This document shows, one piece after another, positions 56,153 to 64,000 of a stretch of DNA of 64,000 nucleotides (the stretch's first letter is position 1; every line of letters begins with the position of its first letter). This DNA is from an uncultured virus (IMG/VR IMGVR_UViG_3300035698_002590) (Duplodnaviria; Heunggongvirae; Uroviricota; Caudoviricetes). The notes under the pieces are model-generated. The model saw nothing but the letters and a program-made list of their open reading frames with translations. It was not told the DNA's origin and searched no databases. The position numbers and the translations under genes were made by a program. Location: IMG/VR virus record IMGVR_UViG_3300035698_002590. One strand, 5' to 3'.

Positions 56153-58402
56153 ATGGCTGAACTAGATGACCAAGAACTGCGTAGACTTAACGACGAAATA
56201 ACTCGATTACAACAATCAATGTTGCAACTTGCTAACAGTCAGCAAGTTGGAAGTACCCAGTGGAATAAAATTCAATCTCAACTCGGTGCGGTTCAAACCA
56301 AGTACAAAGGAATTATAGCTGCTCAAAACTCATTTGCCAATTCAGTTGGTAAAGGTACCGTAGCTGTAGGTAAAATGGCAGTTGGTGCTGTTAAAGTTGG
56401 TGAGTCTTTTGCAAAGGCAGCTAATGCAGTTAGAGAAAGCAGAGAAGATTTTACTAGTTTAAACCCGTCGATAAACTTAGCTGGGTCAGCATTAAAAATA
56501 ACAGGAAAGATGGCCGGAGTAGCTGCTGACGCACTTGGTGGTATTGCTAGCGGTATTCCTATTGTTGGTGGTGTAATTGGCGGTGCAGTTAGTGCAGTAG
56601 GCAAATTTGCTGCGGGCGTGTCAGAAGCACTAGCTGACATTCTTGTTATGGTAGGTCCGCTGCTAACAGCCGAAGTACAACGTGCAAGCGAAGCATTCCG
56701 TGCAGTAGGGCAAGTTGGCGGATTGACTGCTGGCGGCTTAACTGAGCTAATGAATCAAAGCATTGATGCTGGACTTAGTTTTACACAGTTTAGTGCCTTA
56801 GCTTCTAAGGGTGCTGAAGGTCTTGCGTTTGCATTTGGTGATGCAAGCCAAGGTATTGAAAGATTTTCCCGAGTCTCAGCAGACATGGAACCATTTCGTC
56901 AAGGTTTGCTATCCTTAGGTGTGGGCTTTGAAAAGCAAAACGAACTAACATCAAAATACTTGTTGCTACAAGCAAGAACCGGCAGAGTTGAAACAATGTC
57001 AGCAAAGGCACTTGCACAAGGCAGTGAAGAATACATCCGTAAACTGTCCACACTTTCTAGGATAACTGGTACAAGCATTGACGATCAACAAGCTATAATG
57101 GATGCACAAACACGCAACATACGTCTAATGGGCGCTGCTGCTGATATTCAAGAGAGATTAGGTGGCGATGCAGGCAGACAAGCTGCACTGGCTATGCAAA
57201 CCACATCAGCAACTATTGAAAAAGTTGCAAGTAAAGAAATTGCTGATGGATTGCGTGATGCAATGGCAGGAAACTTTGGTACTGAGGCAGCGCAAGGATT
57301 TGTTCTTGCAGCTGGGCAAGAAGGTGTTGCTGCGGTTGCTGCACTTCGTGCAGGTACTATAAGTGATCTTGATGCAACATCACTAATCATGCAAGGTATT
57401 AACAATAGATTTGATTCGCTAGGAGGATCAGCCGGCATTGCTAGACTAGTTGGACTTGGCACACCAATGGATGCAGTGTTTGAAGGTATGTTTAATGTGG
57501 CCCAACGTGCTAATTTAACTGCTGACGAGCTAAGATTGCTAGAAACATCGCAAGATAGTTTAACAACAGCAACGGATGGCACAACTGCTGATATGATTTC
57601 TGCACAAGTTGCTTTACAACAAGCAGCTATAGCAGCTGATAAAATGTCTGCAGAGCTTATGGGCCCGGCTGCCTCAGCAGTTAAAGAATTTTCTCAAGTT
57701 GTACAAAGAACAAACGAAGAAATTCTTAAAGTAATTACAACATTCAGCAATGAAGGAATATCTGGATTAAAAACACAAATTCTCAATGATATTATGCCAG
57801 ATGTTACATCTGGAATTGTAGATTTTACAGGTATGAGTCCAGCGGAAAGAGCCGCAGCACAACAACAAATTCAAGAACGACTTGACAACGCCCAAGACAG
57901 ACGGGCGGAGATTTGGAACAGCATCAAAAGCATGTTTGGCATTGACGGCAGAGCTGCAGGAGGCCCAGTTGATTCTAACGAAACCTATATCGTTGGGGAA
58001 AATGGTCCAGAAATGTTTCAGCCCAAGTCTTCTGGCACAATAATACCAAATCAAAATTTATCAAGTAGCAGCTCGGCTACTCCTGACTATGGTGCCATCA
58101 ACTCAGACTTAGCTAAAATTCTTCAGTCAAGTAGAGATGGCATCGGGTCGTTAACAGGTACAACCACTACTACTGCATCAATAGCTGGTCCAGGTGGCAC
58201 ATTGCGCACTGAGGAGTTTTCTACTGCATTTGCTGAAAATCTTGATGTAGCAAATGCACAGTTAGCAAACTCTAAAGCAGATACTCTAATAAGAAAAGAA
58301 ATATCTGATCTAACTATTGAAAAACTAACTGAACTTGTAACTGCAATGGATCGTGCTAATAGTACCAGTGAGAAGATACTAAGGCAGACCAGGCAAGGGT
58401 GA
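56153..58402 (+). CDS. Tail tape-measure-like protein
   Basis: 749 aa, Ala/Gly/Gln-rich helical sequence, hydrophobic GIPIVGGVIGG segment, RAAGGPV...YIVGENGPEMF motif. Confidence 0.75.
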   Translation: MAELDDQELRRLNDEITRLQQSMLQLANSQQVGSTQWNKIQSQLGAVQTKYKGIIAAQNSFANSVGKGTVAVGKMAVGAVKVGESFAKAANAVRESREDFTSLNPSINLAGSALKITGKMAGVAADALGGIASGIPIVGGVIGGAVSAVGKFAAGVSEALADILVMVGPLLTAEVQRASEAFRAVGQVGGLTAGGLTELMNQSIDAGLSFTQFSALASKGAEGLAFAFGDASQGIERFSRVSADMEPFRQGLLSLGVGFEKQNELTSKYLLLQARTGRVETMSAKALAQGSEEYIRKLSTLSRITGTSIDDQQAIMDAQTRNIRLMGAAADIQERLGGDAGRQAALAMQTTSATIEKVASKEIADGLRDAMAGNFGTEAAQGFVLAAGQEGVAAVAALRAGTISDLDATSLIMQGINNRFDSLGGSAGIARLVGLGTPMDAVFEGMFNVAQRANLTADELRLLETSQDSLTTATDGTTADMISAQVALQQAAIAADKMSAELMGPAASAVKEFSQVVQRTNEEILKVITTFSNEGISGLKTQILNDIMPDVTSGIVDFTGMSPAERAAAQQQIQERLDNAQDRRAEIWNSIKSMFGIDGRAAGGPVDSNETYIVGENGPEMFQPKSSGTIIPNQNLSSSSSATPDYGAINSDLAKILQSSRDGIGSLTGTTTTTASIAGPGGTLRTEEFSTAFAENLDVANAQLANSKADTLIRKEISDLTIEKLTELVTAMDRANSTSEKILRQTRQG

Positions 58403-58443
58403 TAAATACTTGTATCACAATGTGCATATTGGAAAAATAATAC

Positions 58444-60171
58444 ATGGCCGGATGGAAAAAATACTTTAAAGTAGTAGGCAACGAAGGTGGGCAACTTTCG
58501 CCTATTAGCGGAAGGTCTAATCAAGGATCAACAGGTCAAGGCGGCCAATTTGGTTTTAAGAATTATCAAAGTCACTTACCTGAGGTGTATTCGGGGCACC
58601 CAAACAGAATTGAACGCTACAATCAGTATGAAAATATGGATTGCGACAGTGAGATTAATGCGTGTTTAGATATTATTGCTGAGTTTGCAACACAAACTAA
58701 TGAAAGCAACAATACACCATTTGAGGTTGAGTATGAAGATACTCCTACAAATAACGAAATTGAGATTATTAGAAAACAACTACAACAGTGGACTAAACTT
58801 AACCAGTTTGATCAACGCATATTCCGTGTTTTCCGTAACACACTAAAGTATGGTGATCAAGTTTTTGTTAGAGACCCCGAAACATTTGAACTATACTGGG
58901 TTGACATGACCAAGGTAGTAAGAGTTATTGTTAATGAAAATGAGGGCAAGCGCCCAGAGCAATATGTTATCCGTGACATTAATCCAAACTTTCAAAATTT
59001 AAGTATTGCTCCTAAGCAAACTACAGACTACGGATCAAATCCTAATTCAGGATCAATCGGCGGCGGCAGCTCTGGAGGCGGCAACGGCCCAGGCGGAAAC
59101 TATACCCAGCCAATATCAGGCGGACGCAGTAGATTTGAGCATACTGTAAATGAAACAGTAATTGATGCTAAAAATGTAGTACATCTTGGCCTTAGTGAAG
59201 GGCTAGACTTCTATTGGCCGTTTAGTCAAAGTATACTTGAAATGATTTTCAAAGTGTTTAAGCAAAAAGAACTGCTTGAAGACTCGATTTTAATCTATCG
59301 TGTACAACGTGCGCCAGAACGCAGAGTATTCTACATTGATGTAGGCAACATGCCATCACACCTTGCTATGCAATTTGTTGAGCGTGTTAAAAACGAAGTG
59401 CATCAAAGGCGTATTCCAAATCAAACTGGTGGACAAGCTGGGACCACAATGGATACCACATACAATCCACTGTCAATCAACGAAGATTACTTTTTCCCAC
59501 AAACTGCTGAAGGACGAGGTTCAAAAGTTGAAACACTGCCAGGCGGTGAAAATCTTGGCCAAATCGACGATTTAAAATACTTTAACAACAAGATGTGCAG
59601 AGGACTGCGTGTTCCTAGCAGTTACTTGCCTACTGGACCAGACGACAGTGATCGTCCAATGAACGACGGTCGTGTTGGCACAGCACTTATACAAGAGCAC
59701 AGATTTAATCAGTATTGTGAAAGATTACAAAAACAAATTAGTCAGAAACTTGATGATGAATTTAAAATGTTTTTGCGCTGGAGAGGTTTTAACATTGACA
59801 GTGGCCTGTTTAATATCTCGTTTGCACCACCGCAGAATTTTGCTAGTTATCGCCAAGCTGAACTTGATACAACTCGTATGCAAGCGTTTACTACTTTAGA
59901 ACAAATACCTTATATGAGTAAGCGTTTTCTTATGAAACGCTACTTAGGACTCACTGATGATGAGATGCAAGAAAACTCAAAATTATGGAGTGAAGAAACC
60001 GGGCAACCAAGTGAACTTGAGCCAATGGGCAAAGATCTACGCACAGTTGGTGTTAGTCCTGCTGATTTTGATGCAGACATTGAAACAGGTGGTGATATAG
60101 AAGCAGGCGGTGAGGAAATTGATGTTGACATTGACGCCGGTGCTGTTGCTGCAGAAACGCCTCTGGCATAA
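58444..60171 (+). CDS. gp20: Portal protein, T4 gp20-like
   Basis: LLEDSILIYRVQRAPERRVFYIDVGNMP, EDYFFP...GRGSKVETLPGG.NLG.IDD..YF. Confidence 0.96.
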   Translation: MAGWKKYFKVVGNEGGQLSPISGRSNQGSTGQGGQFGFKNYQSHLPEVYSGHPNRIERYNQYENMDCDSEINACLDIIAEFATQTNESNNTPFEVEYEDTPTNNEIEIIRKQLQQWTKLNQFDQRIFRVFRNTLKYGDQVFVRDPETFELYWVDMTKVVRVIVNENEGKRPEQYVIRDINPNFQNLSIAPKQTTDYGSNPNSGSIGGGSSGGGNGPGGNYTQPISGGRSRFEHTVNETVIDAKNVVHLGLSEGLDFYWPFSQSILEMIFKVFKQKELLEDSILIYRVQRAPERRVFYIDVGNMPSHLAMQFVERVKNEVHQRRIPNQTGGQAGTTMDTTYNPLSINEDYFFPQTAEGRGSKVETLPGGENLGQIDDLKYFNNKMCRGLRVPSSYLPTGPDDSDRPMNDGRVGTALIQEHRFNQYCERLQKQISQKLDDEFKMFLRWRGFNIDSGLFNISFAPPQNFASYRQAELDTTRMQAFTTLEQIPYMSKRFLMKRYLGLTDDEMQENSKLWSEETGQPSELEPMGKDLRTVGVSPADFDADIETGGDIEAGGEEIDVDIDAGAVAAETPLA

Positions 60172-60179
60172 ATATTATT

Positions 60180-60395
60180 ATGAAACTATTTGAATTTTTT
60201 GAAGCAGCACCTGAAGGTTACCAAGATGTAGAAGACGACAATTCTACCCCTCGGCTTGGAGAACTGCGTAAAACCAAACTAACTCTTAAGCAGATTTCTA
60301 AGCTGCGTAAAATGTACGACATGCGAAATTATGAAAAACAAGAAGAGCTGAAAAAGATTCAAGCACAGTTTGCACCGCCACCTGCGCAAATGTAA
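60180..60395 (+). CDS. Small head-module protein
   Basis: 71-aa ORF between portal and core genes; RKTKLTLKQISKLRKM. Confidence 0.75.
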   Translation: MKLFEFFEAAPEGYQDVEDDNSTPRLGELRKTKLTLKQISKLRKMYDMRNYEKQEELKKIQAQFAPPPAQM

Positions 60396-60524
60396 GACTT
60401 TAATAGAGATTTTTTCTTTAGTCCTATTAAGTCATCGTTTTCTACCCATTTTACCCCTATAACTACATAGTTTTTAACATCTATGTTAAATATTACACTG
60501 AGCCCATACTTTGGAGGAACCAAT

Positions 60525-61337
60525 ATGAATAAATTTGAACAACTTATTGAATTCGTCATTAACGACGAACAAAATAAAGCAAAAGCTCTCTTTCATGAGA
60601 TAGTTGTAGAACAATCTAAATCTATCTATGAAGATATTATGTCTGAGGAATCAGACGCAGAAAAAGACGACCATGCCGAAAAAGCTGGCGCTGAAGTCAA
60701 AAAAGACATCGAATATGATGACAAGATGGACGAGTCAGATCTAGGCGGATCGCAAGTTGACGATCTTATTGACGAAGTAGAAGCCGAAGAGCAAGGCGTT
60801 ACTTTTGAAGATGATGAAGAAATTGAAATTGTTGACATTCAGAACGACGACGACGATTACGAAGAAGCAGAACTAGAAGATCGCGTTGTTGGTCTAGAAG
60901 ATAAACTAGACGAACTAATGGCTGAGTTTGAAGACCTTATGGGTCAAGTTGATGACAATACTGATGACATCGACGGCGAGCAAGACGAAATTGATGGCGA
61001 AATGGATGACATGGATGCTATGCAAGATGAACTTGACGAACCAGTTGACGTTGAAGTTGAAGTTGAAGGCCGCTTTAATGAAAATGTTGAACTAACTGCT
61101 GCTCCTAAGCCAGTAACAACATCAACATCTAGTAAGTCACCTGTTGCTGCAAATAGCGGCGCAAAAGGATCTGTAGCAAAGCCAGTAAATTTTGATGATG
61201 GAAACAAAGGCGACCAAGGCCGTCCAACACCAAAGTATGCTAGCCAAGACAACACAACAAAGCCTGACGTTAAACCAGCTACTAAGCCTGATTTAGCACA
61301 AGCTGCTGGTGTAAACACTAAAAGTGTTATTGACTAA
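60525..61337 (+). CDS. Highly acidic prohead core/internal protein (probable start MNKFE at 60525)
   Basis: GGAGG RBS at 60513-60517; Asp/Glu-rich; located before the prohead protease. Confidence 0.75.
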   Translation: MNKFEQLIEFVINDEQNKAKALFHEIVVEQSKSIYEDIMSEESDAEKDDHAEKAGAEVKKDIEYDDKMDESDLGGSQVDDLIDEVEAEEQGVTFEDDEEIEIVDIQNDDDDYEEAELEDRVVGLEDKLDELMAEFEDLMGQVDDNTDDIDGEQDEIDGEMDDMDAMQDELDEPVDVEVEVEGRFNENVELTAAPKPVTTSTSSKSPVAANSGAKGSVAKPVNFDDGNKGDQGRPTPKYASQDNTTKPDVKPATKPDLAQAAGVNTKSVID

Positions 61338-61351
61338 AAAGGATACCTAGT

Positions 61352-61978
61352 ATGGCTCTTTACCTTAGAGAAAATCTTACTTTTGAAACCGCACAAATTC
61401 AACTCGTTGAAGGCAAGGACGGTAAGGAACTCTTTATGGAGGGCATCTGCATACAAGGCGGAGTCAAGAACGCTAATGAGCGAATATACCCTGTGAGTGA
61501 GATTTCTAACGCAGTTAAAACTCTTAACGAACAGATCAAAGAAGGCAATAGTGTCCTTGGTGAAGTTGATCACCCGGATGACCTTAAAATTAATTTGGAC
61601 CGTGTCTGTCACATGATTACTAGTATGTGGATGGACGGTCCAAATGGATACGGAAAACTAAAAATACTTCCAACACCGATGGGTGAGCTAATTAAAACCA
61701 TGCTTCAGTCAGGTGTACGGTTGGGAGTATCAAGTCGTGGATCAGGTAATGTAGATCCACACAACGGACACGTCAGTGACTTTGAAATTGTTACTGTCGA
61801 TGTAGTCGCGCAACCCAGTGCTCCAAATGCTTATCCTAAAGCTATCTATGAAGGACTTTTGAACATGAAACATGGTCATACAGTTCTTGAGATGGCTAGG
61901 GAGTCTGGATCAAACGACAAAGTGCAAAAGTACCTAACAAACGAAGTATCTCGTTTGATTAGGGACCTAAAGATTTAG
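61352..61978 (+). CDS. gp21: Prohead protease, T4 gp21-like
   Basis: KNANERIYP, LGEVDHP, KILPTPMG, GVSSRGSG, DVVAQPSAPNAY. Confidence 0.95.
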   Translation: MALYLRENLTFETAQIQLVEGKDGKELFMEGICIQGGVKNANERIYPVSEISNAVKTLNEQIKEGNSVLGEVDHPDDLKINLDRVCHMITSMWMDGPNGYGKLKILPTPMGELIKTMLQSGVRLGVSSRGSGNVDPHNGHVSDFEIVTVDVVAQPSAPNAYPKAIYEGLLNMKHGHTVLEMARESGSNDKVQKYLTNEVSRLIRDLKI

Positions 61979-61987
61979 GAGAATCGC

Positions 61988-63067
61988 ATGTTAGATGCTA
62001 TTAAACCACTACTAGATAGCGACCTGGTTAATGAGGATACTCGCCAAGCTATTGCTGAACAATGGGCAGCAAAGCTAGTCGAGACCAAAGAAACAGTTCG
62101 TGCAGAACTTCGTGAGGAGTTTGCACACCGCTATGAGCATGATAAAACTGTGATGGTAGAAGCCCTAGATAAAATGGTAACAGAAGGCTTGCAAGAAGAA
62201 ATTTCTCAACTTAATGAAGAGAAAAAGGCACTTGCAGAGGACCGTGTAAAAAATGCAAAGACGATGAAAGAGAATACTGCAAAGTTTAATAACTTTATGG
62301 TTTCAAAACTTTCTGAAGAGCTTCGTGAATTGCGCACGGATCGTAAAGTACAAACAGAAGGTTTTGGTAAACTAGAATCTTTTGTTGTTCGTGCTTTAGC
62401 CGAAGAAATCAAGGAGTTTGCAGCAGACAAGAAAGACTTAGTGGAAACTAAAGTAAAACTTGTTCGCGATGCACGTGGACAACTTGATAGTCTAAAAAGC
62501 AAATTTGTTAAAGAATCTGCTAAAAAGATGTCAACAACTGTTGCTACCCATCTTACGCAAGAACTAAGTCAACTTAAAGAAGACATCAAAGCTGCTCGAG
62601 AGAACAATTTTGGTCGTCGTATATTTGAAGCATATGCTACAGAGTTTGGTGCTACTCATCTCAATGAGAATGCAGAAGTACGCAAGCTAGTAGCTACTAT
62701 TGAAGATAAAGATATTAAGTTGTCAGAAGCCATTAAAGCTCAAAAACAATCTGCAAAGCTTGTTGAGAGTAAAAATCATGAAATTAAAATCATTCGTGAA
62801 GCTAATGAGCGCGAAGCTACATTAGACGAACTTTTATCCCCTCTCAATGATGAGAAGAGAGATGTGATGATTAATCTTCTTGAAAACGTTCAAACATCTC
62901 GTTTAAAGAACGCATTTGAGAAATATTTGCCAGCAGTACTCAGTGAAGCTAAAGCAGTTAAGAAAGCTGAAGCACTTGTTGAATCAACTGGTAACAAAAC
63001 TGTTAAGGCCGTAGAAAGATCCGACGTAAATAACGTTATTGATCTCAAGCGCCTAGCAGGGCTTTAA
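61988..63067 (+). CDS. gp22: Prohead scaffold protein, T4 gp22-like
   Basis: Coiled-coil, Glu/Lys-rich; FGRRIFEAY; position between gp21 and gp23. Confidence 0.85.
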   Translation: MLDAIKPLLDSDLVNEDTRQAIAEQWAAKLVETKETVRAELREEFAHRYEHDKTVMVEALDKMVTEGLQEEISQLNEEKKALAEDRVKNAKTMKENTAKFNNFMVSKLSEELRELRTDRKVQTEGFGKLESFVVRALAEEIKEFAADKKDLVETKVKLVRDARGQLDSLKSKFVKESAKKMSTTVATHLTQELSQLKEDIKAARENNFGRRIFEAYATEFGATHLNENAEVRKLVATIEDKDIKLSEAIKAQKQSAKLVESKNHEIKIIREANEREATLDELLSPLNDEKRDVMINLLENVQTSRLKNAFEKYLPAVLSEAKAVKKAEALVESTGNKTVKAVERSDVNNVIDLKRLAGL

Positions 63068-63087
63068 AAAAGAAAAAGGAGACAGAA

Positions 63088-64000
63088 ATGTCACAAGAAC
63101 TACTAGAAAACAGATGGAGTGAGACCAAGGAAGCCCTCCTAGAAGGCCTTCAAGGTTCACGCCGTTCAACAATGGGTGTTATCCTAGAAAACACTCGCAA
63201 GCACTTGGCAGAGAATGCAACAGCAGGTTCAACTTCTTCCGGTAACGTAGCAACACTTAATCGTGTTATCCTACCAGTTATCAGACGTGTTATGCCAACT
63301 GTTATTGCTAACGAACTAGTCGGCGTTCAGCCAATGACTGGCCCAGTTGGTCAAATTCACACACTACGTGTTCGTTATGCAAACGCAATGACAGACAACT
63401 CAGCAGCAGCAACAAATACAGCCGCTGGTGACGAAGCTCTATCACCATTCAAAATTGCACAAGCTTACTCCTCTGCGTCCACAGTGACAGCAGGCGTTGT
63501 ACAAGCTGCACAGAACACATACCAAGGTGCAAACACAGCAGTACTTGAAGGTTCCGGCGGTCGTCAGATTTCCGTACAAATCCTCAAGCAAGCTGTTGAA
63601 GCAAAAACACGTAAGCTACAAGCTCGCTGGACTTTTGAAGCAGCACAAGACGCACAAGCCATGCACGGTATTGACGTTGAAGCTGAAATCATGGCAGCAC
63701 TTGCTCAAGAAATTACTGCTGAAATCGACCAAGAGATCCTACTTTCTCTACGTTCACTAGCAGCAACTGAGTTTACATACAACCAAGCCACAGTATCAGG
63801 TACAGCAACATTTGTTGGTGACGAGCATGCAGCTCTTGCAGTTCTAATCAACAGAACAGCTAACTTGATTGCTCAGCGTACACGCCGTGGCGCAGGCAAC
63901 TATGCTGTTGTTTCCCCTGCTGCACTTACAGTGCTACAGAGTGCAACAACAAGTGCATTTGCTCGCACAACAGAAGGCACATTTGAAGCACCAACAAATA
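63088..64000 (+). CDS. gp23: Major capsid protein, T4 gp23-like; runs off the window edge
   Basis: Not in the ORF track; AGGAG RBS then MSQELLENRW...LPVIRRVMP.VIA.ELVGVQPMTGPVG...AKTRKLQARWTFE.AQD..A.HG.D.E. Confidence 0.96.
   Translation, partial: MSQELLENRWSETKEALLEGLQGSRRSTMGVILENTRKHLAENATAGSTSSGNVATLNRVILPVIRRVMPTVIANELVGVQPMTGPVGQIHTLRVRYANAMTDNSAAATNTAAGDEALSPFKIAQAYSSASTVTAGVVQAAQNTYQGANTAVLEGSGGRQISVQILKQAVEAKTRKLQARWTFEAAQDAQAMHGIDVEAEIMAALAQEITAEIDQEILLSLRSLAATEFTYNQATVSGTATFVGDEHAALAVLINRTANLIAQRTRRGAGNYAVVSPAALTVLQSATTSAFARTTEGTFEAPTN

Noticed and set aside
60525..61337. Asp/Glu low-complexity tract as a novel repeat element
   Set aside because: Acidic prohead core proteins are expected at this position in T4-like head modules
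487..63760. Many 60-180 aa ORFs antisense or out of frame to long genes
   Set aside because: Shadow ORFs fully overlapping well-supported CDSs, without motifs
1..64000. CRISPR array, DGR, integrase or IS element
   Set aside because: No spaced repeat array, reverse transcriptase, recombinase or transposase motifs found; the repeats seen are short or in-frame coding duplications
1..64000. Stop-codon reassignment as in some large phages
   Set aside because: Genes are full length in the standard code, and TAA, TGA and TAG all occur at coupled gene ends

Overview
64 kb segment of a large T4-like (myovirus-type) dsDNA bacteriophage genome. It is AT-rich, uses the standard genetic code and is almost fully coding. 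(1) 1-19.5 kb, minus strand: a translationally coupled modification island with a carbamoyltransferase (cut by the window edge), an amidinotransferase, MetK, six radical-SAM enzymes each with an N-terminal Cys cluster, a cytidylyltransferase, an MTA/SAH nucleosidase, an NDP-sugar epimerase, a 2OG-Fe(II)-type oxygenase and several glycosyltransferase-like proteins. (2) 19.5-47.9 kb, minus strand: tail fibre/baseplate genes, including a 4516-aa protein, gp6-, gp25-, gp5- and gp53-like proteins and an SLT fusion. (3) 47.9-53.2 kb, plus strand: gp55-like late sigma factor behind a perfect sigma70 promoter, gp47/gp46 recombination nuclease and a short GIY-YIG nuclease. (4) 53.15-53.78 kb: a ~630-bp gap without a credible CDS that folds by eye into an ornate, pseudoknotted ~360-nt RNA followed by AT-rich hairpins. 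(5) 53.8-56.1 kb, minus strand: three accessory genes and a gp26-like chaperone with a candidate -1 programmed frameshift. (6) 56.1-64 kb, plus strand: tape measure, portal, prohead core, protease, scaffold and major capsid (partial). The best candidates for undescribed biology are the GIY-YIG plus structured RNA locus and the radical-SAM/SAM-recycling/glycan-modification island. All calls come from reading motifs by eye; no database search or folding program was run.
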